Shown here: positions 1-13,500 of the stretch, piece by piece
Position numbering within the stretch: position 1 is the stretch's first letter
How the letters are laid out: the number at the start of each line of letters is the position of its first letter
From: Catajapyx aquilonaris
Taxonomy: Eukaryota
NCBI GenBank assembly: GCA_000934665.2
Contig: JYFJ02002195.1
Span: 1 to 64,000, forward strand
DNA length: 64,000 bases
Direction of reading: 5' to 3'
Translations under genes and position numbers: made by a program
The notes under the pieces: generated by a model
Seen by the model: the letters and a program-made list of their open reading frames with translations, nothing else
The model's database searches: none
Told to the model about the DNA's origin: nothing

Positions 1-25
1 AGAGAGAGAGAGAGAGAGAGAGAGA
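1..25. repeat. (AG)n microsatellite, truncated by the window edge
   Basis: Direct reading of agagag... from base 1. Confidence 0.95.
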
Positions 26-3000
26 TGGTTGGAAGGGGAAAACTGATGCTCTTCCTTTATTTTACCCTGCTCCATCCTTCATGGCCATATTTTCGACCGT
101 CAAAATCAAGTGTCACCCTCACATTTTGATCATCCTCCAACCTGATTTTTTTTTCTATTTTTGATTCTAACGCTGCTAACTACATTTCTTTCATAAGTAG
201 CTATTTCTTATTTAATAACATTATTATAGTGTACACCAGCTAATTCATTAGAGAAGCAATGACAAATTTTATCCTATATATAATCAGCAAAGCAATCACT
301 CGATTGACACGCCACAAATGTCCACCCAGCAGGCCAAAGTGTGTTATGCAGAGGCTCAGATTCTCCCAGAATTTTCCTGGTAATGGTTCTCCCCCTTTTT
401 AGGCTAAGCAGAGGGAAAAGAAGGGTAGGGAGGATGGGGGAGGGAGTGTGGGAGGGGGAAAAGGACATGGAAAGAGAATTAGTGATTATTCCCTACTTGG
501 CCACTGAAGCACTCACTCCGCATTATGAAGGAGAGGGTGAGAATGAATTCATTCCGCCGCCTCGCACTGTATACCTCTCATTTTGATGTCGCATTATCCC
601 CTCACCGTGTCATTCTAATGCGCAACACCAAGTTCAGGAAATATATGAATGCATTCATTAGCAAATAAAATTTGGAAGCATATATTTCGACTGCAGTCGT
701 CTCAGCCATAACATACATTGTGTAATATATTGCGAAGTAATGAATTTCAATAATTTGACATTACGAAGTTACTACACTCAACCACGTACTGGCTAATTTA
801 AATATGTGCATGGATACAAGACAAACTATTGTTAAAAAATTGTGTTCTGATCACACTTCTGGCAAGTAGTTTCTCTTTCTCCATCAGCCCCGAGTTTCTT
901 CCAAGGGCCCGCTCATTCATCCTCTCCTCAGACAAACATTAAGAGCTCTTTTTCCCAGCGGTGTGCGGCGAAACAAGAGTGGAAACGCTTTCGCCATTTG
1001 TCAAGGAAAATCAAGCGAGCGGCTAAAGGAAAAAGCTGTGGGGTTGGTTGGATGGATGCGAGGCTGGCTCGCCAGATGCCAGCATCAACCAGGCATCCCA
1101 ACCCGTCTCTAAACTATGCCTGGTTCCTTCTAGTTCCCACCAAAAAGTTTGGGGAGTTTCAGGGAACGTTGTAAGGGGTAGAGACAAGGCGACGTATGGG
1201 AGCGTAATAACATTGTAACTAGTTAACAGCAGTGCGCTAAGCTGCTAAAACCCTCACTCAACTCTGGTATCACGATACAGAAACCAAGCTTTCCACCCCC
1301 CCCCCCCTCCTACCATCCCTTCAATGGGTCGATACGCCAGCGGATGTTATGACTAAATCTACTTAACAAAACTCTGGGAGGGGCAAACTCCTGCTGATGC
1401 TACTCAACGCCCCCAACTTCATTTGCGCCATCTTATTCTAATCACTCTTAATTATCCCTTCACTCATTGCTAATTCACATGAAATTGCACCCAGGTTTTG
1501 TGTAGTTATACCTAGCAAAACTCGTAGGATTCTTTCCTCCACATAATTAGCGAGTGCAGGGGGTTGGATATACCTAAACTGCCTGAGGTCCACCGTTTCT
1601 TTTCCCCCCTTTTTTTCTCTTTTCTTTTCTTGGCATAACAAAAACAGCTCACTTTCCAAGCAGCCCACCCACCCACTCTCTTCTTCCGCCATACATTAAA
1701 AAATTTCCTCCCGGCTTTTTGTTCTGCCATCTCAGCTCACAAGGAGCAAGCTATATCTTACCCCAAAACATCTCCTCTTCATTATGAAGCGAACAAACTT
1801 CTGCCGGACTAATTATTTTTCCCCCTCCCTTTTTCTTCCAGAAAATGGAAAATGGAAGTTTCTTCTTGCCAGCAGTTCCTTGGAGCAAGTCTCCCCCCCC
1901 CCCTGCCCCTTCTTCTTCTTCTCCTCCTCCTTCCACCCAGCCACCCAACTCTTCTCTCTCCCGAAACCTCCATTTGTTCAGTTACCATGGTGACAGACAA
2001 GGGAAGAGCAGCCAGTGGCGAAGAGGAAACTCTCTTGTCGAGCGCAGCCAAATTCAACCCCCCCACAAACTACAAAGCCCTCTGCAAAGTTAAGCCTCCA
2101 CAAACCTCCCCCTTTCTGATTGGAAATTCTAATAGTCATCCACATGGAAAAGACGTCTGATACGTTCGGACGGTTGCGGCCAACCCCAAATGCATGTATA
2201 GCCCCCCTCCACCCAAAATGATGAGGCTTAAATTCCAAGTTTGGTTAGTAACGAGATGAAGGGACTTGTTACAAGTCCGGCCCTTCGCTGTGCAGCTATA
2301 CACATGGTGCTGTGTGTATATACGATATGGGGAGAGAGAGGCCTGGAGTTGTAGTTGATTTGGTGACAAGCGCAGGCAGGGATAGGGAGCACCTTGGGGC
2401 CATCCGGGAGGCAGTTGGCACAAAAGGGGAAAACTTTGACAAATGAAGCTCTCCTTGCTGTACAAGGCAGCAGTAGCAGCATTCAGCCTGCCCTCCGCTA
2501 CGCATTATGCTCTAATTAACTCTTGTAGCCTGTTCGTAGACCCCCCCCTCCCCCTTCAGCCTCCATCCCCCCTTCTATCCTCACTCAAACTATAAAGGCT
2601 TTCCGGATCCTGCTGCTTATATAACACCAGTCTGGGAAGATGCTTAGTGCAGCACCAGCCTTTATGTATCGACTAATTCGTCGCATTATTATTATTTTTC
2701 TTCTGAAGAAGGAATAACATACTGATTGAAGCATTGTCATAAAAATACAAGGCTGCTCCAAAAGAAATGTCCATGGTCATTTGTCAATTTTTTTGGCATT
2801 CAGTTGCTATTCAAGTAATGTATATTGTGTTGCCTGGCGACAGGAGATAGAAAGAGGATGAGAAGGTGATGATTTTCACTGCAGTTCAACAGTTGGTTGG
2901 TGGAAGGGAATAAGAGGGAGGGGAAAACTTTAATATCTGATGAAGCACTATAAGGTCGATTACTTGTTATTGCCATCAGCTGTCGCACCACAGTGCGTAA

Positions 3001-4087
3001 ATGCATCAGCATGATTATTTTCGAGGTACACTACCGCATGTAAACGAATCAATTCAGATTATATAATGAGTTATTAGTTTCGCAGGAGGATTAATATATT
3101 TTCGGAAGTACATGCAGTTAATGCCACACACGGAACGTATATCGCCCACGTTTAACTAGACATGAACACAAATTTATGCATGTTGACTTGGGAGGTTTGT
3201 ATAAACAATGGCAGGAAACACGATTGTCTGTGTTGACTTGCATACACTGTGTACAGGATGTAGTAGTTTAGTAAATCTCTCCCTACGGATATACAGTACA
3301 AGTATACTACAACATATAACAGTTACAAAATCCGGTCCTGTGAATGACTCGTACACGACTGTGTACCGTGTATATTTCATGTAGCGTCATGGTTTCTGCA
3401 ACTGGTCACATCATAAACCATTTTAGAGCCGAACTCTTGTTTTGCTGTACTCGTCATGGGCAGTTACATAGGTTCTTTTGTCCCGCAAGTCATGAGAACA
3501 AGACATACTCTTAGAACGGTTTTTAAGAGAGAAAATATCATCATTACCCAGCAGTCTTTTTGAATCAACTATAATCCCCTTTCTTGGATACCAGTAACAC
3601 TACCAAGAGCTAATTATTAGCTCTTGGTAACACTCACCAATTTAGCATTTCTGAATGTGTTGCAGTTTATCATGCATAGTAATAAAATCATGTCCAGGGA
3701 GTCACACTCTATACTGTCAACGGCATGTATAATTACACGAGCAGTAATTCCCTCGATATTGTCATTTACATAATTATAGGCCTATGTACGTATATTTAGC
3801 TAATGTATAGAGAGAATTACACAGCTTTAAAAATTTCCAGAACTATACATAGTCGTTATCAATACAGGCATGACAACAAATTGTTGTGTTTAATAGGTAG
3901 GCCTATAAGTTGCAGGGCAAGGCTGCTGTATCACTTGGGGTCATATCATTACACAATCACAACAAACTGATTATTATTCCGATTTTTGGAAACTTTCAGA
4001 TGACACCATCATTGTTGTCTCTACTAAGCAATTAAAAACAACACTGGCAAATAAAGGTTAGATCATTTGAAACTTTTAAAATCAGCG

Positions 4088-4624
4088 TAGGGTGCTCAAA
4101 AACTCGCGGAAAGTGGCCACGTAGCCTGATAGGACTCGCAAAACTATAATATAGGGATGTGGAAGTATAGTTTTGGGCTAACTTGCATAGTTTTTGCGTC
4201 CGACGCCTCTGAGATTTCGGAAGTTTCATGACGTCACATCCGCCTTGAGGCCCCATTGCGTCATCATACGTGTTGTTGTGGCTTGTGGCTGTTGCCATTG
4301 GCACTGTGATTGTTGAGAAATAAACAACGATTTCAGCTTGTATATCTATGGCCAGTCGACACCTCAATTGCCAGACTGAAATCGTTGTTTATTTCTCAAC
4401 AATCACAGTTGACAATATTCGCAACAATAATCAGTGCCAATGGCAACAGCCACAACAACACGTATATGATGACGCAATGGGGCCACAAGGCGGATGCGAC
4501 TTCATGAAACTCCGTCGTACGCAAAAAGTATGCGTTAGCCCAAAACCCCTTCCACATCCCTATATTAGTTTTGCGAGTCCTATCAGGCTACGTTGCCACT
4601 TTCCGCGAGTTTTTGAGCACCCTG
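4088..4624. mobile_element. Foldback MITE, Tc1/mariner-type termini (CAGGGTG...CACCCTG)
   Basis: Left arm (t)agggtgctcaaaaactcgcggaaagtggc is the reverse complement of right arm gccactttccgcgagtttttgagcaccctg, followed by TA at 4625-4626. The arms stay similar for about 250 bp, which explains why the - ORF 4032..4367 and the + ORF 4348..4629 translate to near-identical peptides. Confidence 0.9.
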
Positions 4625-5270
4625 TATAATCAACCCATGTAGTATTGAATTGTGTGAGTAATGATACTCCTCTGGTGAATAAATTTAAAAAATGGATGAA
4701 TATGATGAATGTGTGTAGGCTTCCACCTGCTTTATAGTGTTGCTAACGCTGACTTGAGACAAGAGATCTTCATTTTCCTTATCACGACGAGTTTATGAAA
4801 CTAAAATCCAGTTTTCAGAATAGTAATTAACAACATCATTCCGGTTCTACATAAAGCGGGTAACACTGATGTATACATGGAGAAATCTAGAGTAGTTGGT
4901 GATTGAATCCAAATGTTGGAGCAAGTTTTTAAAAACCCGAAACAACAATATCAACAACTTTTCTTCCACATTATTGATTTTTAAGCTATAAGAGTTACTA
5001 TAGTGCACCTAATTTTAATGCAACTTACGTTCAACTTGACCGTTAAAAAATTAGGACTAAAATCCACAATATTGAACGGTTTATAGTCACTTACCAGCAG
5101 CTACAGCAGACAGCAACATAATCCTTGCCGAGGCTCGACGTATATAGGCGTAAATGTTTCTGAAATGAAGATAATGCTCATAATTTAAGCCGTATATATA
5201 CAGTATAAATACTATACTGTAAGTTTACCAGCGCGTCTCTTCAGTGTGTGCATCACACAGGTGCATGATT

Positions 5271-5370
5271 CAGGCCACTACCCTTCCACCTCTAAGGCCC
5301 TGAGTTCGATCCCCGTGTATGACAATACATTTTCTCAAGTGAAATAGAGTTTTAAGCAGGTTTTCTCCAT
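5271..5370 (+). mobile_element. Degenerate tRNA-derived SINE head
   Basis: ccttccacctctaaggccct followed by a Pol III B-box-like GAGTTCGATCCC (5302-5313) and downstream ggttttctcc. This layout is typical of tRNA-derived SINEs; no intact cloverleaf is visible. Confidence 0.45.
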
Positions 5371-6057
5371 ATATTATGGAAACGTTTTTTGTGGGGTCTT
5401 CCCGAGGAGTGTCCGCAATAATATTACACTGATCGTAGCATGCATCATCTGAAACCAGCATATAGTATACGTACACCTTGAGGTGATGCTATTACCTTTA
5501 TTTATGTTTATTTATGTTTAGAGCTATGTCCCATTGTGTACCTAATCACAGACCAGCACTTCCAATTACAATTCTTATGCAATAGGAATAGTACTGTCTC
5601 AAGCACTTAAGTGAATAAAATTTCAGTTCCTGCTACTTTACTATGCAATTCACTCAATGCAGTTCCCTTTTCATTTTTAAAAGATCAATATTTTGTGGAG
5701 GAAACCCACATTTGAGAGGCAACTGTGATGTGTGTATACAACACGAGTCTATTGACGATGTAACTTATATGAAAGTTATGGGCCTTGATGCCTTGATTAT
5801 CCAAAATACTCTCTCAACTTATACTCCATAACAACCAGAATCCTCGAGCGAATGCGCAAGAGTCCGTCATTAAATCATTCCTCCCCCCCATCACCCCCCC
5901 TGCTGGTTTTCCCTCCCAGCCAATTCATTTTCCCTTATTCTTTCTCTTTCTTTTCCAGCGAATATATGTACGAATAGCTTATTAGTCTCCAATAGAAGCG
6001 AATTCTCTCTAGAATCTCCAATCTGAGCCTCCCCCCCCACCCCCCAGGGGGATGAGT

Positions 6058-6172
6058 TCTCTCTCTCTCTCTCTCTCTATCTCCCTCTCTCTCTNCTCTC
6101 TCTCCCTCTCTCTCTCTCCCTCTCTCTCTCTCCCTCTCTCTCTCTCTCCTTCTCCTCCTCCTCCTCCTCCCC
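6058..6172. repeat. (CT)n/(CCT)n polypyrimidine simple repeat
   Basis: Direct reading; contains an N at 6095. Confidence 0.95.
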
Positions 6173-9100
6173 CCCTTCCCTGCCCCCTCTTTCCTTCCCA
6201 ACGAGAAATTTATCCTCATTCATTAAGCAGCAGACAGCCGCTAATAGGAGCAGCCTACTTGGAGAGTGTTCCCGGGCCCACTTGCCTGTTGGCTGAAAAT
6301 CGCGGAACCTTGTACTACTCTGAGTTATTACAGAAGGGATGGGAGGGGAGGCAAAAACCCAGTGCGCCTCTCCTCCCTTCCCTCCCCCTTCCCAGCCATC
6401 CTCGCAGCCTAGGAAGGTGACTGAGTGAGCCTAACTGATGAGTCACCCAAGTCCCGCTTTGCTCTACAAAATGGCCCTCCTTGTAGCCAGTGATTGGTGG
6501 GGAAAGTGGGCGAGTCGCTCGGGGACTTCCCCCCCGCAACGTTCGCTCGCTCTGCAAAACCTTCTGCAACCATCTGATAACACGACGGTGATGATGTTCA
6601 CGTCCTTCCCGCTGACAATTTCCCTACAGTGCTTCCAAAGCAGCTACAAGGGACGACAATGCTCAGCCAGCAAGCCCCACCAGGCCTATACACAGCAGGA
6701 CCCTGCAGTATGTACAGATCAGCAAGACTTGATGATATCGAGTGTCCTCACCACTTGAAACCGAGGTCCTCATCATGGGTTGCCGCAGTCTATCCCTGCA
6801 ACCACTGTTTAGGCTTGCGGCCCATGAAAAGCCTACCTGCCAACTAATTAATGGTATTAGTGATAATGAAAGCAAGCGCGCAATGGATGCTGGCTCAAAT
6901 TAATCCATCGGGAAACATGCTTGTTACACATGGAAACAATACTCGCGCACGTTGCATCGTATCAAAAACAGCACAAAACCCAACATATGGCGGATATCAG
7001 TTGGGGGCAGTGTTGGTGCGCGGCAGCAAATCCAGCATGCATTGGGAGCCCGGGCGTGGTTATAATAAAAAGGGACCGCACTCATTAAATACAGTGAATT
7101 TCATTTGGAAATACATGTGCGCTCCCAAAACACCTCATTAAAAACCGGGGGCCCGACAATTACCTGTTGCACGGCTCGTTGCCCAGTTACAGTTAATCAG
7201 GGTACACGCTTTAACATTGTTGTCAGAAGCGACCCGAACCAAAGCCACAAAATACAACCGTCATCATCCCAGTCCATCATTAGTCTATTAACATGCTCCT
7301 ATAACGAGCCCGCGGATGCGCGGTTTTCGCCAACGACAATCAAAAGGCACCAGCTCCAACCATATTGTTCAGGGACACACGTATAATAATGTAATTAAGC
7401 CCATTTTTATATACACACAAAAAAATGTGTCTGCCTGCCTGCCTGTGAATCTTACTGATGGTCCGGGCCCCAGAGCATTATTTCCAAACAAGGGCATACG
7501 GTATAGGCCTGCTGCTGTTATGTGTACACAGAGAAAGGCCGACACATTATTGAAATTAGGCTGGAATAGGGGGGTGTCCCAAGCAAAGCAGCACTCGTGG
7601 CCAGTTTGCTTTGGACGTTGAGAACGTCCACTTCTCCTCATCATATCTCTCTTCCACTCTGCTTATTTGCCCTCTCACGGTGACACTCTTCAGCAAAGGA
7701 CGGAGGCAGTGTTCATCTGCTGTTTAGATCGGTTTGGGGAGGGAAGGAGGGAGGGAACCAGCCGATCCTTTACTTTTGTCATATCAGCTTTCCCCCTGCT
7801 CAAATAAAGCTGTTCAACAACCCCACTGGTTAATTACTACGTATATGGAAGGATCCAGGATTGAGAAGTAACTGGAGAGACGGAAAGGCCGCCGCCCACA
7901 TTTTCAAAGCTGTCGTTTACTCTGCTGCTCGCTTTCTCTCCCATTTATTCTCATACATGCTGTCAGATGTCGGTTCCTACACAACGCAAGGGTTAAATAC
8001 ACATCGTACAAGTTCCCTTTTTTGCTTTTGCTTTTGCTCGAGAGTGAATGAGTTTATAATTGAAACTGTTCAGAAGGTAAGTTTGGACAGCGAGGTGTAG
8101 GAATTTCTGTATCGTTATACAAACACTACTTCATTCGTGTCAGCATCAGGGTGGTTCTGTAATTATTCCCAATATGGAGTTACTCTGCAAACTATACCAC
8201 AAATCTACTTCTAGAAAAATGTGGAAATCGATCACTGCGCAATATTCCAGCGAGCCCGCCAAATACGTATTACTTCCAGTCAGGAAACAAACGCATAATT
8301 ATGCATATTAACGAGCAATAATCACTTTGCATATTTAATCTGAATGTCAATCAAACTAGCCTCCCATCCACATTATTGGTGTCCCCCCTTCCCTCTTTTT
8401 TCCATCAGATGAGCTCAAAAAAAAGTGGAGTCGGTCGTCCCTGAATCCAGAGTGTGCTGTTTCCCATGGAAGTATTTGCAAAGTCGAAAGAAGAGAGCGG
8501 AGAATGAGTTGCAGCGATCCATGTAGAGGGCTTTGAAGTGGTGTGCTGTGAGCTGCGCCATGTGATGGGCGCCCCAGACAAGGAGCAAGGTGCTGCTGGA
8601 TGGAGCCAATGAAACAGATCGAAATTCCGGACGTGTGTTTAAATCCAAACCCTCCCCTTCTCTCTCTCAGTTTCCAGCTTTCCCTCCTCCTCCTCCTCCT
8701 CCATCCTCCAACTGCCTGAACTCAATCGTGAATTATTCGGAGAGGCGCCCCGAGCAGCCGAAGGGGGAAAGACAGGAGGTTGGCTAATGTGCTTTCCGTG
8801 TCCTCCTGCCAGCCGCGACATATGTACACAGGCCCACCAACAAGCTCACAAGCCCCTCGCTACCAAGACGCCCAAACTAGTTACATGGCCTCAAAAGAAG
8901 GACACACTCGTGCTTTCTTTTCAGATCCTTCCTTGGAGTCAACACACAAAAAATTGGAAAAAAAACGTTTGTTGTGGCCCACAACAAACAAACGATAGGC
9001 AAGATGGCTGACAGTCAGTTGGGGTAGGCTAATTGAAAAGAAGCTAGACAGAATATTGCCATGGGGGATGCCCTATCCCAAGGTGGCGCTGCCTCATTCC

Positions 9101-10521
9101 AATCAAGCCTACTCTGTAATTAGTCTGCTACTGAGAATTGGAGCTGCCCACTGGCCCCCAAACGCTGCTGTCTGATGGCTCTCGAGGGCATGTCGCCATT
9201 CCCCTTCCTTTCTACTCTCTAAAAAAAAGTGACCAAAAATTCCCACTTGGCTGTCGTCTCACCTTTAATGAAAAAAAAAGCGCCACGTGACCATAATAAT
9301 GAGGGTTGGGCAACAAAGGTATTATATATTATAAAGAAAAATAGAGTGCATGTAGGGGGTTCCAAAAGTGCCCCAAGGCGGTGGGCCGCTCTCTTTTGTT
9401 GGCCCATAAAATATCAATAAAGGATCGAAGAGGAATGGAAGGGGGGTCGGCTAATGAATTTCGCTAAGCGAGGGTAATGGCGCCTTGGTCGTTAGGTTAG
9501 AGCGATGAAAAGACCGCAGGATCACAAACTTCCTTTTTACGACCAATGAGCTTAGTCTGGCAAAAATGGGAGGGGGGGTTAAAGCTAAAATGCAGGAGGC
9601 CCCCACACTTTTAGGCCCACAGGCTCATTCGAAATCACCTGTTTGTTTCTTTGGTGGGCATAAAAACAAATGTAAGCCCTCCATTTTACACACTTGGAAA
9701 AACGGACCGGTTTTCCGGTGTGGGAGAGGCATCCAAATTTTACTAGCTCTTTCCTGCACAAATGTTTAATAGACAGCCATACCTACTACCCCCCATCGGA
9801 ATTATGCAGGCGAATGTTACACGGTGTCGTATCCAGGGAACTAAATCCGGGGTACAAGCCTCTTTTTGTCTACTGAGCTCTAAACGTTTGTAGGCCGTAA
9901 ATAACTTAGGCTCGACCAACATGGCCGCAAATTTTTAGCCAGTTCAAGGGTTTGAGCACGCTGCGGCCTCCTTTCGCGGGATTTACGGTCGGATCCTAGT
10001 TAATTTCGGATCTTTGCACATTAAACGCACCCTATGCCCTAAGATACTGCGAGAGACTCCTTTGTGCCAACCGTAATGGCGCTTCTTGTACTTGTATATA
10101 AATTACTGCACCTTTTTAAAAAATCGTTCGACATCATGTGCTGCACATTTCTACAATAAAAAAATTAACGTGACGAATAATGCGCAAGGAAACGGTAGAT
10201 CGTAGCGATTAATGTTTACACGCACTTATTACTAGGTACAAAACAAGTCATTTTTCGGCTCTAATCGATACTTATTTGGATGCCTATAGTAGAGTAACCG
10301 GGCGGCAATTTGCTCCGAGAGCTCCATTACGTCACTTTTAGTGCAACATAAGAGTATACGAGTGCACCGCACCATATCATATATACAGCCCCACTTTTTT
10401 TATCGGTCTCACATTACAAATCCTACGACTTTAGCGCGACACATTAAACGGGATCAGGGCCCGGCATGACTGCAAATAAGGTCCAGTTCCGCTGCTCTAA
10501 AAAAAAAAGAAGCACATAATA

Positions 10522-10560
10522 CAGGGTGCTTCGTAATAATCCGTTATCTGGATCACCCTG
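10522..10560. mobile_element. 39-bp micro-MITE / collapsed Tc1-mariner remnant
   Basis: TA-cagggtgcttcgtaataatccgttatctggatcaccctg-TA: CAGGGTG/CACCCTG termini flanked by TA on both sides. Confidence 0.6.
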
Positions 10561-13500
10561 TATATAAAGCAGTAGAAAAATAGAGTCGAAGCAACTCAAT
10601 TAAGTAGGTAGCAATCAATCAATAATAATTCTTCCTGGACTTGCCGGATCAGAGTCCCCTCCATCCCCGCAAGTATAATTACCGCTTGAGCCGAAATTTT
10701 CCAATCATTCCTTGGCCATAACTCTTGGCTCCCCCTGTAATGGAACATGGTAAAAAGAGGCCAGAGGAAGGTGATGGGACTAGAGTAATGGTCTCCTATC
10801 AAGATCCGTGGACCGGATGGATAATCACTCTATCTCTTCCATCACATATTATTTTTGTCCTATGCAAATTGTGGTTCACTCCAGAATTTTTTTGACTAAT
10901 TTCCTGCCAGTGTGTGAGAATATGGCTGAGAAGATAGTTCAGCATGTAGAGTGTTGTGGCATGTTTCAGCCAGCAGGGTCTGAAGTCTGCGTGTATACAG
11001 CCCTGGAATAATCGAGCCTTCCGATCCAGCCCAGGGGCTCTTTATGGTCCTGCTTGCCAGTTGATGATACTTGACTCGGGTGGAAAACAGGTGTCATAAT
11101 CTGCGGCCAACCGCTTCGTTTCATGTTGTCGGGATAATAAATTGGAGACCTCGGGCTGTCCATGCCACCCACGCTCAGACCCCACGCATTTTCTAGCTTT
11201 TCCCCCCACATGATGCTGAGCACTGCACCAAGCCTAGTAATAGCTAGGTACGCATATAGTTTCAACACGGCTGCTTCATCAGACTCACTATGCACATTTT
11301 TATTCAAACGGAGAAGAGGGATTCAACAATGGCCCTTTTTTCCTACACACCGGTCTGTAATTAGCATTCAGATGTGTCGCAGCCAACGTAATTTCGAGGA
11401 AAAAAAGACTCATCGTCCACATGCATTACGAAAATATTTGATAAAACTGCAAATGAAGCTAGTGTTGAAAGAGCACATATTACTAATGCTATTTTCTCCA
11501 ATTTGTTCACTCACTGTTAAGATTTAATGTCAGTTTAAGTACCACATGAACAAAATTGAACGTAGCAGTTCAATGCCGGAAAAAGTGGAGAAACAGGAAG
11601 GTCTGAAGGTTTAGGAACATTAGGCCAATAGATGCAGCCTGCAGGCATGTCAAGCATGAAATTCTCCGAGATATTTCCCGGCTCAACCGTCATTAAATCG
11701 AATTACTGTAGTTTCCTTTTTTGTGGGAAAGCTAATTTCCAAGGCGTGATTGGCATCAAGTGGTCTTATCAAATGTCAAGAAGTAATGGTTTTACAGTCC
11801 ATCCGCCAAATATTTTTTTACGAAATAAAAATAGTGTGCTCTCCGAAATTACCATCAACTCTTCTATCAATCATAATTTCAGAATAAGGTATAATAAAAA
11901 AGCGAATCTGTAACTTGTAGAGCTGTTTCCTTATAGCATTTACTACCAGGCATATTTTCTCGAATTTATGTTGATGCAACCTGTTTTAGACGTAAATTTT
12001 CAACCAAAAAAGCCACCCCAAATATTATTAAATACACCCTGTTCGTCCCCTGTATCACCATCGCAACAATGCCCAAAGAAGCCCCCATCCCCAGAGCAGT
12101 GTAACCCAACGCACTACGCATAATTAAAACTGGAGGGAAAAAGAGCAGTCCAACAATAGGCCCGTAACAATATCACTTCCTGCGAGTGTAATAAAGCCCT
12201 CTTTTTTTCCATGAAAGCCAATATAATTAGCATGAGTTTANGATGGTGGGGGGGGGGGGGCAAGGGGACAAAAAAATGCCCCTCCCCCTCTTCTCCTCCA
12301 CCCCCTCCCCCCTTTTCCTGCCGCGTGAATTGAGCTCCAACAGCCGCGATGAAAAGTTTTAAAATTGCGCGTTGGCTTCTCACGGGCTGAATGGAAAAAT
12401 CCCCTCCGGTGACAGATGTCACGCCCGTGACACGCGCCTCGCTTTTCGTTTCATTAATATCAAGCAAAATGGAACGTGACGATGAAAGTGGGAGGATATG
12501 GGAGGGGGGGGGGGGTTGTTCGGAAGCAGACTTGGTTTGGGAATGCACAGTGGGCGGGATAGGGGGAAAACCACGTCGACATTGTAACAAAAAAAAATAA
12601 CTTTAGGGGTCGAAAAAACGCCCTGGAGAGAGAGGGGGGAGGGGGGGTTAGACTAATGTTGTTGGGAAGCCAACTGTGGTCGGCGTAATTAGTCCTCAGA
12701 TCCAACCCCACTATTATACCATTCCATTTTCACGTTACATAGGGACGGATCCCCCCTTCCCTGTTTACAGATTTTTGACTAAACTCCTGAAATGATTACA
12801 TTTGGAGGGATGGAAGGGGGGGAATCATTCAACAACTATTGATTCCTCATTACATTTTGAATTGAATAGGGCAGGACAAATGGTAGGCAATGGAGAGGGG
12901 TAGTTGCATTGAAATGCTCAATATCAATCCAGCTGTAGGGGAAAATCACAATAATGGTGTTATACTCTATAGGAAGAAGCTCTCGAAAAAAATATATACG
13001 TTTCCCACCGGTGATATAGCGCAAGAATTCACCTTTTTAGTGCAACACCATGTTTGGTGTCACCTCACAGGTCGGAATCAAGATAAAAATCCATAGTAAG
13101 TTAGGCCAGAATCATAATGGACAACACCTCTAAAAGAGAACAGCGTCGGTGTCAAGGCGGGCTGTTCCCTATAAAGTGTTTACTTGGAGAGAGAGTTAAG
13201 CCTGATCGATGAACTCGTGTCAAAAGGCAGATTTTATAAAGTCGCAAAAGGGCCCTCGGAATATAGAGGAGGTCGTAGAAAGAAGGGACACCCTAATCAG
13301 CAAATTGTCGGACAGGCCCCCCCTCACTCTCTCTATACTTCAGATCCCCTCCCTCTATGTTGATCTTTCCCAGAGGGGGTGACGATGAATAGGAAAAGAT
13401 TCAATATCATTCTGTAGCAGAAACTGCAATCAGAGCCTGGAGGGAAGTGACAAGTGGCCCTCGTAATCAGCAGTCTCCCACATCACAGGACCTCAAGCAC

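Noticed and set aside
1987..2089. Possible coding first exon MVTDKGRAASGEEE...KALCK
   Set aside because: Weak donor (aaa|gttaag), no recognisable family and no downstream exons found; the ATG lies within an X-box motif.
4032..4629. Apparent duplicated peptide genes on opposite strands
   Set aside because: Mirror translations of the two arms of a foldback MITE.
5271..5345. tRNA gene
   Set aside because: B-box only; no acceptor stem or cloverleaf, so treated as a SINE relic.
5935..6420. RE-rich and SL-rich ORFs
   Set aside because: Translations of the (CT)n repeat.
6434..6470. Hammerhead ribozyme core (CTGATGAG)
   Set aside because: No stem II followed by GAAA; the same holds for the other CTGATGA words checked (~2937, ~34585).
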